DNA of 30,931 nucleotides, taken from the NCBI GenBank assembly GCA_963760795.1, contig CAVXEP010000026.1, forward strand, positions 1 through 30,931. The letters run 5' to 3'. Source of the DNA: an uncultured delta proteobacterium. Its GTDB lineage: Bacteria > Desulfobacterota > Binatia > UBA9968. The position numbers and the translations under genes were made by a program. Below the pieces are notes generated by a model that saw only the letters and a list, made by a program, of their open reading frames with translations, searched no databases and was not told the origin of the DNA. Of this stretch, positions 1-9,906 are shown one piece after another; position 1 is the first letter of the stretch, and every line of letters starts with the position of its first letter.

Positions 1-590
1 GGAGCCGACGAAAACACCGCAGAGGTCGTAGCCCGGCGGTCGGGAACTTCACCGCCGAGCCAGACGATTTCACCATCGTCCAGGACGACTTCGACGCCCA
101 GTACATGATTGGTGGTGACGCCGTAGGCCAGCGTGTGCGGCCCGCCGGGTTATTCGCGACGTTGCCGCCGATGGAACAGGCGGCCTGACTGCTTGGGTCG
201 GGGGCGTAGAAAAAGGCCGTCCTTGGCGACCGCTTTGGTGACATCGAGGTTGATGACGCCGGGTTCGACGATGGCGAGATGATTCTCCAGATCAATTTTC
301 AGGATATGATCGAAACGCGTGAGCGACAATATGATGCCGCCTTCGGCCGGCACGGCGCCGCCGGCTAGGCCAGTGCCCGAGCCGCGCGGGACGATCGGCA
401 CATTGGCGCGCTGCGCCGCTTTGACCACCGCTGAAACTTCTTCGACGTTGGCCGGCACGACGACGATCTCCGGCATCACCTGGAAGATCGAACCGTCCTG
501 TTCGTAGACGATGACATCTTCTCTCTCGATTAGAACGTATTGTGCGCCGACGATGGCGCGCAGTTCGCCGATTAGATGCTCATGGGTCAC
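1..590 (-). CDS. FAD-linked oxidase, glycolate oxidase subunit GlcD-like (runs off the window; three single-base indels)
   Basis: N-terminus has PRGSGTGLAGGA and VEPGVIN. Correcting indels near 212, 148 and 38 restores LFYAPDPSSQAACSIGGNVANNxGGPHTLAYGVTTNHVLG...PGYDLCGVFVGS, typical of the GlcD family. Confidence 0.85.
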
Positions 591-597
591 GGCCAGG

Positions 598-627
598 AGC
601 GTAGCGGAGTGGAGAAGTATGTGTCAA
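598..627 (-). promoter_or_regulatory. Putative sigma70 promoter for the GlcD-like gene, probably leaderless
   Basis: TTGACA (627-622), 18 nt, TACGCT (603-598), then 7 nt to the GTG start at 590; no SD. Confidence 0.55.
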
Positions 628-657
628 CCTGCCGGGCGAAGACGGTAGGGATTGACA

Positions 658-686
658 TTGACGCCATTTGACGAAGTGTATATAAG
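658..686 (+). promoter_or_regulatory. Putative sigma70 promoter for TRAP operon 1
   Basis: TTGACG (658-663), 17 nt, TATAAG (681-686). TTGAC occurs three times, at 652, 658 and 668. Confidence 0.45.
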
Positions 687-726
687 CGGAAAGCTAATCC
701 GTCAGAAATCCCTGGGAAGGAATCAC

Positions 727-1899
727 ATGACTCAAGAAAACGCTGAGAAGCTGGAAACCACGAAGGTGTCGCGGCGCAATGTTTTGAAAGCGGCACTTGC
801 TGCCGGCGGCGCGGCGGTGTTGGGCTTTCCTAACATCGTCAAATCTCAGGGTGTGACCTCGATGCGTTGGCAGAGCACCTGGCCGGCAAAGGACATCTTT
901 CACGAGTACGCCAATGACTTCGCCAAGAAGATCAACGACATGACCGGCGGCGATTTGAAGATTGAAGTTTTGCCGGCCGGCGCGGTGGTGCCAGCCTTCG
1001 GCCTACTCGACGCGGTTTCCAAGGGGACTCTCGACGGAGGTCATGGGGTTCTCGCGTATCATTACGGTAAGCAGAATGCTTTGGCGCTTTGGGGATCAGG
1101 TCCGGCGTTTGGCATGGATGCCAACATGCTGCTCTCGTGGCACAAGTATGGTGGCGGCAGGGATCTGCTCACCAAGCTTTACGCTTCCATCGGCGCCAAT
1201 GTCGTATCCTTCCCTTACGGGCCGATGCCGACGCAGCCCCTCGGTTGGTTTAAGAAACCGATTCAGAAGGCGGATGACTTCAAGGGTCTCAAATTCCGCA
1301 CTGTCGGTATCTCTATTGACGTGTTTACCGGCATGGGCGCGGCGGTAAACGCTTTGCCGGGCGGCGAAATCGTCCCGGCGATGGACCGTGGCCTGCTCGA
1401 TGCCGCCGAGTTCAACAATGCCTCCTCCGACCGCATCCTTGGCTTTCCCGATGTCTCCAAAGTCTGCATGCTGCAAAGCTATCACCAGAACGCCGAGCAG
1501 TTTGAGATCATGTTCAACAAGACGAAATACGATGCTTTGCCGGCGAAGATGAAGTCGACTATCGAGTACGCCGTCGAGGCGTCCTCGCAGGATATGTCGT
1601 GGAAGGCGATCGATCGCTATTCGAAAGATTACATGGAAATGCAGACTAAGGACAAAGTCAGGTTCTACAAAACGCCGGATACGCTGCTGCAGGGACAACT
1701 CAACGCCTACGACGCGGCGGCGGCGAAGAAATCGGCTGACAATCCATTGTTCAAGGAGATCGCCGAGTCGCAGCGCCAATTCGCCGAGCGCGCGGTCAAA
1801 TGGGATCTCGACACCAACGTGCAGCGGCGCATGGCGTACAATCATTACTTCGCCAAGGCGGCTGCCAGACCCGCGGCCCCTGCGGCTAAGAAAGGTTAA
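727..1899 (+). CDS. dctP: TRAP transporter substrate-binding protein (DctP family, TakP-like) with Tat signal
   Basis: Twin-arginine signal SRRNVLK followed by a hydrophobic stretch; WQSTWP, KFRTVG and DAAEFN motifs. ATG at 727 follows GGAAGG. Confidence 0.9.
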   Translation: MTQENAEKLETTKVSRRNVLKAALAAGGAAVLGFPNIVKSQGVTSMRWQSTWPAKDIFHEYANDFAKKINDMTGGDLKIEVLPAGAVVPAFGLLDAVSKGTLDGGHGVLAYHYGKQNALALWGSGPAFGMDANMLLSWHKYGGGRDLLTKLYASIGANVVSFPYGPMPTQPLGWFKKPIQKADDFKGLKFRTVGISIDVFTGMGAAVNALPGGEIVPAMDRGLLDAAEFNNASSDRILGFPDVSKVCMLQSYHQNAEQFEIMFNKTKYDALPAKMKSTIEYAVEASSQDMSWKAIDRYSKDYMEMQTKDKVRFYKTPDTLLQGQLNAYDAAAAKKSADNPLFKEIAESQRQFAERAVKWDLDTNVQRRMAYNHYFAKAAARPAAPAAKKG

Positions 1900-1926
1900 T
1901 CGCACCGCGCAGTTTTGCTTTATCGC

Positions 1927-1961
1927 CAGCCATCCGGGATCGACCGGATGGCTGTTTTTTT
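1927..1961 (+). terminator. Intrinsic terminator-like hairpin between dctP and dctQ
   Basis: CAGCCATCCGG-gatcga-CCGGATGGCTG (11-bp perfect stem) followed by T7. Confidence 0.8.
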
Positions 1962-1969
1962 ATCCCCCC

Positions 1970-2656
1970 ATGAAAGCTCAATCGCTGCTGCGCATCGTCG
2001 ATCAAATCAGCTACTGGGTCGGCAAGACCTTTGCTTGGTTGATCGTTGCGGCGACGTTCGTAATCGCCGTGGAAGTTTTCAAGCGCTATATCTTGAATGC
2101 GCCGACCGCTTGGATCTACGACTTGAACAACATGCTCTACGGCACGCTGTTCATGATGTGCGGCGCTTATACGCTGGCGCTCGCTGGTCATGTGCGCGCC
2201 GATTTCGTTTATATATACCTCAAGCCGCGCAGGCAGGCGGCCCTCGACCTGGCTTTATACCTGCTGTTCTTCGTCCCGGGCATCCTCGCGCTGATCTACG
2301 CCGGATACGGCTATGCCGCCGAATCGTGGCGCATCGGCGAGCACTCGACCGTCACCGCGGATGGTCCGCCCATCTATCATTTTAAGTCGGTGATCCCGGT
2401 CGCCGGCGCGCTGGTGATGCTCCAAGGACTGGCCGAAATCGTCCGCTGTGTCGTCTGTATCCGCACCGGCGCTTGGCCGGCCCGGCTGGACGATGTGGAA
2501 GAGATCGACGTCATAGAAACTCAGCTCGCCCATAGCGAATTCATCGACGAAGAGTCACGACTGGCGACCATGAAGTCGGCCCATGCCATCGACGACGCGG
2601 CGCGCCATCGCAGCGCAGTGAGCGTCACTGACGCCGAGGAAGAAAAGAAGCCATGA
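1970..2656 (+). CDS. dctQ: TRAP transporter small permease
   Basis: Four hydrophobic segments and an HVRAD motif; stop overlaps the dctM start (ATGA). Confidence 0.9.
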   Translation: MKAQSLLRIVDQISYWVGKTFAWLIVAATFVIAVEVFKRYILNAPTAWIYDLNNMLYGTLFMMCGAYTLALAGHVRADFVYIYLKPRRQAALDLALYLLFFVPGILALIYAGYGYAAESWRIGEHSTVTADGPPIYHFKSVIPVAGALVMLQGLAEIVRCVVCIRTGAWPARLDDVEEIDVIETQLAHSEFIDEESRLATMKSAHAIDDAARHRSAVSVTDAEEEKKP

Positions 2657-4743
2657 GCGATCCGATCCTCGGCTTGACCATGCTCGGCCTCATCGTCGGC
2701 GCGATCATGATGGGCTTCCCTACCGCGTTCACACTCATGGGCCTTGGGATGATTTTTGGCGCCTTGGCCTTCTGGGAGCCGAGCCAACACTGGTGGCAGA
2801 ACCGAATATTTGACCTGATGGTCCAACGTACCTACGGCGTCATGGTCAATGACACGCTGCTGTCGGTGCCGTTGTTTGTTTTTATGGGTTACGTCATGGA
2901 GCGAGCCGCGTTGGTCGACCGGATGTTTCACAGCGTCCAGTTGGCATTTCGCCGCGTGCCGGCGTCGCTCGCGGTTACTACATTACTCGTTTGTGCCTTC
3001 TGGGGCATCGCTTCCGGCATCGTCGGCGCGGTCGTCGTCTTGATGGGCGTCATCGCCATGCGGCCGATGCTCAATGCCGGCTACGATGTGCGCTTGGCGG
3101 CCGGCGCGATTACCGCCGGCGGCACGCTCGGTATTCTCATTCCCCCGTCGGTGATGTTGATCGTTTATGCCGCCGTTGCCGGCCAGTCGATTGTCAAACT
3201 CTACGCCGCGGCGATGCTCCCGGGATTCTTTTTGACCTTTCTCTATCTCGTCTACATTCTTGGTTGGGCGATCGTCGATCCCAAGATCGCGCCCAAACTG
3301 CCGCCCGACCAGTATCGCCTAAAAGTGCCGGATTGGCTCCAGCGCCTCGAACATGGCCCGTCGAAACGGGTGTTTGGCAATCTCATAACCTTGCTGGTAC
3401 GGCCGGGGTTGCTGCGAGACGCCAAGACGGCAGACGGAAAACCTCTTGGCTATGGTCATATTGTCAATAACTTTGTCGCGTTGATGGTGCCGCTGGCGCT
3501 CATGTTGGGAATCTTCACTGGTACCTGGTGGTATGTGGTTATTCATAACGCGCCGGCAGCAGCGGCGGTCGCCAAATCCCAAATGGCAGCGGAAGTCCAA
3601 TCGCCCGCGCAATCGGCACCAGCGCCGGGGGAGAAACCGCAAGCGCTTGCCAGCTCTACCGATAAGCCGCAAGAATTGACTAGAGTCGAAGAGCAGGCCA
3701 CGGAATTGGGCCAGGCGGAAACCACAGTGCAACCGACCGAACCGTCCACTCCGGCGGATGGTCCGCCGCAAGAAATGGGCAGTCTTGCAGAGTCGTCGGC
3801 CGCCGCAGCCGCGGGCCAGGTGCCGGGGAATTTTTACCCATGGTTTTGGAGTTTTGCTCTGTTTTCGGCGCTCTTGTTGGCGTTGTATTACCGGCGCATG
3901 GACGGCGAACAGTTCGAGATCCTCAAAGAACTGGCCGTTTCAGTGGTTCCCTTGGGCGTGCTTACGATCGTCGTGCTGGCCGTGATTCTCCTGGGTATCT
4001 GCACCGCCACCGAGTCGGCGGGTGTGGGCGCCTTGGGCGCGCTCTTTTTGGCCGTGCTGGTGAAATATCCACGGACTTGCGGCTGGTGGAGCTTGGCCGG
4101 GGGCGTTATTGGCGTCGCACTCGGCATTCCCCGCGGCGACATCCCCGCGCTCGTCGTTTCGAGTTCGCTCGGTGCGGTTTTTCTCGGCACCGTGGCACCG
4201 CTGGCGCATTACTTGCCGAAGTCTAGCGAGCTGCGCCGTAATCTTCAGGAAGCGGTATTTCTTACCGCCAAGACCACGGCGATGGTCTGTTGGCTATTTA
4301 TCGGCTCGGCGCTGTTCTCCAGCGTGTTCGCCTTGCACGGCGGCCAAGGCTTGATCGAACGCTGGGTGCTCGGCATGAATCTCTCGCCACTCGGTTTTCT
4401 GTTCGTCTCTCAAATGATTATCTTCCTGCTCGGCTGGCCGCTGGAGTGGACCGAGATCATCGTTATTTTTTGTCCGATATTTATACCGTTACTCAGCCAT
4501 TTTAATGTCGACCCGATTCTTTTCGGCACCATGGTCGCGGTCAATCTGCAGGCAGCATTTTTATCGCCGCCGGTGGCTATGTCGGCTTTTTACTTGAAAG
4601 GCGTGTCTCCCAACCATGTCACGCTCAATCAAATATTTGCCGGCATGATGCCGTATATGCTGATCGTCGTTCTCTGTCTCATTTGCATGTACGCCTGGCC
4701 GGGTATGACCTTGTGGCTGCCGGAGTTCTTATACGGAAACTGA
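2653..4743 (+). CDS. dctM: TRAP transporter large permease, long form with internal insertions
   Basis: PLFVFMG, GTLGILIPPS, TATES and AFLSPP motifs; 696 aa versus 425 aa for the second DctM in this window. Confidence 0.9.
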   Translation: MSDPILGLTMLGLIVGAIMMGFPTAFTLMGLGMIFGALAFWEPSQHWWQNRIFDLMVQRTYGVMVNDTLLSVPLFVFMGYVMERAALVDRMFHSVQLAFRRVPASLAVTTLLVCAFWGIASGIVGAVVVLMGVIAMRPMLNAGYDVRLAAGAITAGGTLGILIPPSVMLIVYAAVAGQSIVKLYAAAMLPGFFLTFLYLVYILGWAIVDPKIAPKLPPDQYRLKVPDWLQRLEHGPSKRVFGNLITLLVRPGLLRDAKTADGKPLGYGHIVNNFVALMVPLALMLGIFTGTWWYVVIHNAPAAAAVAKSQMAAEVQSPAQSAPAPGEKPQALASSTDKPQELTRVEEQATELGQAETTVQPTEPSTPADGPPQEMGSLAESSAAAAAGQVPGNFYPWFWSFALFSALLLALYYRRMDGEQFEILKELAVSVVPLGVLTIVVLAVILLGICTATESAGVGALGALFLAVLVKYPRTCGWWSLAGGVIGVALGIPRGDIPALVVSSSLGAVFLGTVAPLAHYLPKSSELRRNLQEAVFLTAKTTAMVCWLFIGSALFSSVFALHGGQGLIERWVLGMNLSPLGFLFVSQMIIFLLGWPLEWTEIIVIFCPIFIPLLSHFNVDPILFGTMVAVNLQAAFLSPPVAMSAFYLKGVSPNHVTLNQIFAGMMPYMLIVVLCLICMYAWPGMTLWLPEFLYGN

Positions 4744-4755
4744 CTTGGTTTGAAA

Positions 4756-4782
4756 GTAGGGGCGATTCAGAATCGCCCCTAC
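4756..4782. repeat. GTAG-type REP-like palindrome
   Basis: GTAGGGGCGATTC-A-GAATCGCCCCTAC with perfect 13-bp arms. Confidence 0.75.
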
Positions 4783-4799
4783 AAGCCGCAATTACTACG

Positions 4800-6147
4800 A
4801 TGGATCTAAGCGATCTTCACCTACTCTCCGCGTCGGAAGCCGCGCGGCTGATTCGCGACGGTGTGATCAATTCGGAGCAGCTGGTCGAAGCTTGCTTGAC
4901 GCATATCCATGCCGTCGATGACAACGTTCAAGCTTGGGCATTTCTCGATCCGGAATACGCGCTGACGCAAGCGCGCGCGCTCGATCAACATCGCCTCGAA
5001 GGTAAGCCGACGGGACCGCTGCACGGCGTTCCCATCGCCATCAAGGATATTTTCGACACCGCCGATATGCCGACGGAGTACGGTTCGCCGATTCACGCTG
5101 GGCGCACGCCGTCGCGCGATGCCACCGCGGTGGCGTTGCTGCGTGGCGCCGGGGCGGTGATCATGGGCAAAGCGGTGACGACTGAGTTTGCCTATCTAAA
5201 CCCTGGGAAAACCCGCAATCCGCATAACCGAGAGCATACGCCTGGCGGCTCGTCGAGCGGTTCGGCGGCGGCGGTGGCGGCGCATATGGTGCCGCTCGCC
5301 ATCGGCAGCCAGACCGCCGGATCGACAATCCGCCCGGCGGCCTACTGCGGCGTCGTCGGTTTCAAGCCCACTCATGGTTTGATTTCGCGTCATCGAGTTT
5401 CGCCGCTGTCGCGAACGCTCGATCATGTCGGGCTTGTTCGCCCGCACCATTGACGACATCGCATTGCTCGCCGAGCAGTTGGTCGCCTACGATGAAAACG
5501 ATGCCGATACCCAACCGCGGGCGCGAATTCCGTTCTCCACTATTTCCACCGAAGAACCGCCGTTGGCGCCGATGTTTGCTTTCATCAAGACGCCGATGTG
5601 GCAACGGAGCGATGACGAAACTAAAGAAGGGTTCGCCGAGATCGTCGAGCAGTTGGGCGCCCAAGTGGAAGAAGTAGAGCTGTTCCCGTCGGCCCATGAA
5701 GCTTGGCAATGGCATCAGACGATCATGGGCGCCGAGGTTGCCCATAACTTCGAACGAGAATGGCAAAACAGCCGGGCGCTGCTATCCGAACAACTGCGCG
5801 CGCAGATCGAGCGCGGCCGTGAAGTGCGCGCGGTGGATTACCAACGGGCGCTCAAACAGATCGCGCCGATGCACGACAGTTTCGTCGAGCTTTTCGAGCA
5901 GCGCTACGACGCGATCCTGACGCCGGCGGCGCCGAGCGCCGCGCCGAGGGGGCTTACGTCCACCGGCGATCCATCGTTTTGCACCTTGTGGACGCTGTGC
6001 GGCATGCCTTGTATCACCTTACCTTTATTGCAGAGCGCCGACGGCCTGCCCATCGGCGTGCAACTGGTCGGGCCGCGCGGCGGTGATGCGCGGCTTCTGC
6101 GCACGGCGAGGTGGCTGGCGGCGAAGGTCGCGAGTGATCCTCGCTAA
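4800..6147 (+). CDS. Amidase-signature family protein (one extra G near 5431 splits the ORF)
   Basis: GPLHGVPIAIKD, TPGGSSSGSAAAV and GSQTAGSTIRPAAYCG. Removing one G from GGG (5430-5432) gives DHVGLFART and joins the two ORFs. Confidence 0.88.
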
Positions 6148-6154
6148 CGCGAGG

Positions 6155-6186
6155 AATTTCAATGCCAAATTTCACATCTCAGAATC
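6155..6186. repeat. Degenerate heptamer tandem repeat between convergent genes
   Basis: aatttca-atgcca-aatttca-catctca; similar to the array at 7995-8055. Confidence 0.45.
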
Positions 6187-6210
6187 CGGCCCAACAGCCA
6201 GCAAAGCTGG

Positions 6211-7488
6211 TTACCAGTTTACCAGATTGACCAGTGCCAGGCTGATCCACGGGACATAGGTCACGAGCAGTGTGACCAATGCGAGCACGAGCGTGAACGG
6301 CCAGCCGGCCATGAAGACTTCCCAGAAAGGCAAACGCGCGATGGTGGCGACGGTAAATAGCACCGTGGCGACCGGCGGAGTCTGCTGGCCGACGCCGAGG
6401 TTGATGGTTACGATGATGCCGAAGTGAATCGGGTCGACGCCGATCTGGCGGATGAGCGGCATGACGATGGGGACGATCAGGATAATCGCCGCCGCCGAGT
6501 GGAGAAACATCCCGGCGATGAAAAAGAAAAAATTCAGGAAAAGCAGGATCAGGTATTTGTTCGAGGTTGTTTCAAGGATCATGCGCGCGAATTTTTGCGG
6601 GATCTGCTCGCTGGTGAGATACCAGCCGAGCACGGCGGAGGAAGCGACGATGAGCATGACCACGGCGGTCTGTCCCGTCGAATCCCGCACGACGCGTATG
6701 ATCTCGCGCGCCGGTAGCTCGCGGTAGATGAAGGCGCCAATGAGCAGCGCCGCGATCACTGCCAGGGCTGCGACCTCGGTGGCGGTGGCGATGCCGAGAA
6801 AGATTCCGCCCCAGATCACCAGCGGAATGGAAAGCGCCCAGAAAGCGTGCAGCGTGGAGATGCCCACCTGACGCAAAGAAAAATTCTGTTCCACCGGTAA
6901 ATTTAATTTGCGCGCGTAATAGTAGCTCAGCGCCATCATGCAGCCGCAGGCGATGGCGCCAGGCAAGAAGCCCGCGAAAAATAGTTTGGCGACGGACACC
7001 TCGGCCATCCAGGCGTAGATGATCATTGGGATGGAAGGAGGAATCAGGATCGCCGCCGAGGCCGCGTTGGACACGATGGCGGCGCTCAAGGCACGGGGAT
7101 AGCCGCGCTTCTCCATGGCCGGGATGACAACGTTGCCGATGGCGGCCGCATCGGCGACCGATGAGCCGGAGATCTCGCTCTGGATCATCGTCGCCACCAC
7201 CGTCACCATGGCGAGCCCGCCGCGGATGAATCCCACCAGACTATTGGCCAGGTTCACCAGACGCAGCGAGATCCCCGAAGTCTCCATCAGACCGCCGGCC
7301 AAAATAAAAAGTGGAATCGCCAACAGCGGAAAACTCGACGCGCCGGAGAACAGATTCAACGGCACCACGCTGAGCGACGCGCTACCCTTCCAGATCAGAA
7401 AGATGACGGTCGTGATCGAGAGGGCGAATCCGATGGGGACACGAATGACGGTCAAAAGAATGATTATTCCGAGGATGAGCCACTCCAC
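6211..7488 (-). CDS. dctM: TRAP transporter large permease
   Basis: LAIPLFILAG, ISGSSVAD, LIPPSIP, TATE and TPPV motifs. Confidence 0.92.
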   Translation of the reverse strand: MEWLILGIIILLTVIRVPIGFALSITTVIFLIWKGSASLSVVPLNLFSGASSFPLLAIPLFILAGGLMETSGISLRLVNLANSLVGFIRGGLAMVTVVATMIQSEISGSSVADAAAIGNVVIPAMEKRGYPRALSAAIVSNAASAAILIPPSIPMIIYAWMAEVSVAKLFFAGFLPGAIACGCMMALSYYYARKLNLPVEQNFSLRQVGISTLHAFWALSIPLVIWGGIFLGIATATEVAALAVIAALLIGAFIYRELPAREIIRVVRDSTGQTAVVMLIVASSAVLGWYLTSEQIPQKFARMILETTSNKYLILLFLNFFFFIAGMFLHSAAAIILIVPIVMPLIRQIGVDPIHFGIIVTINLGVGQQTPPVATVLFTVATIARLPFWEVFMAGWPFTLVLALVTLLVTYVPWISLALVNLVNW

Positions 7489-7979
7489 ACCGCATCAGCT
7501 CCTTTCCGGCTGCCAATGCCGAAGATAAGATGCAGCAGGCGCTGGACGCTGATCACGAGCATGACGCCGCCGGTGATCGGCAGCACGCTGTAGACCCAGC
7601 CCATTTTTACCCAGACGAGGGAAACCGCGGTCTCGTCGCCCATCTTCTGCGTGAGCCGCCAGCCGTAGTAAAAGAGCACGACTTGGAATCCCAAAACGAA
7701 AAGCTCGGCGAAGGCCTCGACCATCCTTTTTGTGTTCCGCATAAACCGGTCCACGATCATCTCGAATGCGATATGGCGCCCGTGATAGCTGGCGACGACG
7801 GCGCCGTAGAAGGTCAACCAGACCAGCAGGTAGGAAGCGAACTCATCGTACCAGGCGAGCGACGCGCCGAGCGCGTAGCGAAAAAAAACCCCCAGGCAAA
7901 CCAGGACGACCATGAGGACGAGCAGGAACATCGCCCACCACTCGACTAGATCAATGAACCGGCGGAAGATTCGCTCCAT
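7464..7979 (-). CDS. dctQ: TRAP transporter small permease
   Basis: Four TM segments with VFFRY...W.DE; lies between dctP and dctM. Confidence 0.9.
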   Translation of the reverse strand: MERIFRRFIDLVEWWAMFLLVLMVVLVCLGVFFRYALGASLAWYDEFASYLLVWLTFYGAVVASYHGRHIAFEMIVDRFMRNTKRMVEAFAELFVLGFQVVLFYYGWRLTQKMGDETAVSLVWVKMGWVYSVLPITGGVMLVISVQRLLHLIFGIGSRKGADAVWSGSSSE

Positions 7980-7994
7980 GTCTCTCGCTTTGCT

Positions 7995-8055
7995 GAGAAT
8001 TTCAAATGGCAGATCGCAAATCTCAGCAAATATGTAGATGTGAAGTCTGAGATTC
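7995..8055. repeat. Inverted pair of degenerate heptamer arrays
   Basis: aatttca-aatggca-gatcgca-aatctca, followed by gatgtgaagtctgagattc (reverse complement gaatctcagacttcacatc). Confidence 0.5.
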
Positions 8056-8063
8056 GCGAAGCG

Positions 8064-9044
8064 TCAGCGCAGCGACTGGACGAGCTTGATCAAATCGCTG
8101 CCGCCGGCGATTTCCTTGCCGAACTCTTCGTAGACGGTCGCCGAGCCTTTGATGAAAGCTTCTTTGTCAACTTCGTTGGCCTTCATCGGCGGGGCGAGTT
8201 TGCTCATGAGCTCTTTGTCCAGCCGTTCGCCTTCGGAGCGGGCAAAATCCCCCATGTCCCAGGCGATCTTTGACAAAGTGCTTTGAACGTCTTTTGGCAG
8301 CTTCGCCCAAGACTCTTCTCCCATCACCAGGTAAGCGGGAGTGTAAACATGACCGCTCAAGGAGAGAAATTTTTGCACCTCGTGAAATTTCGCCGAGGCG
8401 ATTTGCGGGAAAGGGTTTTCCTGGGCGTCCATGACGCCGGACTGAAGCGCCGAGTAGACCTCGGCGAGCGGCATGGGCGAGGGATTCGCCCCATAGTCCT
8501 TGAACATTTTTACCCGCCAGACCCCACCCGGCACTCTTAACTTGATGCCTTTCAAATCCTCGGGTTTGACGATGGGTCTGACGTTGTTGGTGATGTGGCG
8601 AAAGCCGTTCTCCCACAGGCCGAGAATGCGCATGCCTTTGGCCGGCAGCCCGTCGAAAAGCGCACTCTGCACCGGTTTGCTGTCGGCGACTTTTTTCATA
8701 TGGGCGCGGCTGACGATCAAGTAGGGCATCTCGAAGACGCCGAACTTCTGCTCCGCCGTACTCATGACGGTCGACGGCAGAAACATTTCCGGCGCGCCAA
8801 TTTTGATGCCGCGCATCATCTGCTCGTCGCTGCCCAACTGGCTGGAATGAAAAACTTTGACGTCCACTTTGCCTTTGAGCGCGGCATTGGCCCGCTTGGC
8901 GTATTCATCCGTGGTAATCGCGAACAGTGAGCCGGGAAAGCCGACGTGGCCGAGGCGAATGGTGATGGGCTGCTGGGACCAGGCCGTGGTCGGCGAGAGA
9001 CCGAGCATGACCAGGATAAGAGCTAAACCGATTGTAAGCTTCAT
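8064..9044 (-). CDS. dctP: TRAP transporter substrate-binding protein (DctP family)
   Basis: True start MKLTIGL follows GAAAGGAG; Sec-type signal; QLGSD, WENGFRH, KLRVP and DAQENP motifs. Confidence 0.92.
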   Translation of the reverse strand: MKLTIGLALILVMLGLSPTTAWSQQPITIRLGHVGFPGSLFAITTDEYAKRANAALKGKVDVKVFHSSQLGSDEQMMRGIKIGAPEMFLPSTVMSTAEQKFGVFEMPYLIVSRAHMKKVADSKPVQSALFDGLPAKGMRILGLWENGFRHITNNVRPIVKPEDLKGIKLRVPGGVWRVKMFKDYGANPSPMPLAEVYSALQSGVMDAQENPFPQIASAKFHEVQKFLSLSGHVYTPAYLVMGEESWAKLPKDVQSTLSKIAWDMGDFARSEGERLDKELMSKLAPPMKANEVDKEAFIKGSATVYEEFGKEIAGGSDLIKLVQSLR

Positions 9045-9058
9045 TGTACGGCTCCTTT

Positions 9059-9781
9059 CTAATCGCCCGAGCGGTCTTGACGCGTTAAGTTGCAGGCTTT
9101 CTCGATGATGGCTTCGGCTCTCTTGATGTTGAATACCCCACAGGTGCAGAAGCGCGCCATGTAGCGCGCCGCTTGTTCGGGACTGCGACGGTTTTCCTTG
9201 ACCCAATCGACCATTTTCATGGCGAAATTGGCCGACAACATGCCGTGACCGCACATCGTGGCGAGCTCCAAGGTGGCGGCGTTGGGCAACCGGTCCACTC
9301 GGCCGCAAAAGCCCAGGGAATACTCGACGCTGTGGCGGGTGATGCCGGTGTCGTGGCAGCAACGCTCGGCGTCGTCGATGGGCGCGCTGATGTTGATCGA
9401 GATACCCAGGTTGGCGGCGCGGACATCGGCAACGAACGCCGTCATATCAGCGTAATTCTCGAAGACCGCCGCCACAGTGGTAGGGCCTTCGATGCCGGCG
9501 ATGACTTCATCAGGATTCGGCAGCTGGTCGCGCTTCCAATGAGCAGTAGGGTTCATATCCCGGCGCGGACGGAGCACGCCGCCCTTGGTAGCGTCGCCAA
9601 TGTTCACCGGGTTGTGTTTCACCGCCAGACTCAAAAAGGTGCGGTACTTGTCGACCAACTGCTCATCGTTGATAGCGCGGCTCGCCATGGCGAAGACGAT
9701 GAAGTCGTTGTCGACCGGCTGCGGGTTCGACGGCGGCTCGAAGGCGTAATGCTCGCTATAGCGGTGCAGCGTGTTGGTCAT
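9059..9781 (-). CDS. Uncharacterised protein with Cys/His motifs (MCGHG, FCTCGVFN)
   Basis: 240-codon ORF from MTNTLHRY filling the gap inside an operon; clustered C-terminal Cys/His residues. Confidence 0.8.
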   Translation of the reverse strand: MTNTLHRYSEHYAFEPPSNPQPVDNDFIVFAMASRAINDEQLVDKYRTFLSLAVKHNPVNIGDATKGGVLRPRRDMNPTAHWKRDQLPNPDEVIAGIEGPTTVAAVFENYADMTAFVADVRAANLGISINISAPIDDAERCCHDTGITRHSVEYSLGFCGRVDRLPNAATLELATMCGHGMLSANFAMKMVDWVKENRRSPEQAARYMARFCTCGVFNIKRAEAIIEKACNLTRQDRSGD

Positions 9782-9787
9782 GTGAAT

Positions 9788-9906
9788 AAAAGGCAAAATG
9801 CAAATTGCCGAATGCAAAAGTCAACACGGCAGAGGAAGATTTGAGACAGGGACAATCCCCGGCCCTCTTTAGGCTTTCCTAATTTTGCCATTTTGCACTT
9901 TTCATT
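9788..9906. repeat. Inverted pair of degenerate heptamer arrays
   Basis: aaaaggc-aaaatgc-aaattgc-cgaatgc-aaaagtc (about 9788-9822) versus aattttgccattttgcacttttcatt (9881-9906). Confidence 0.55.
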
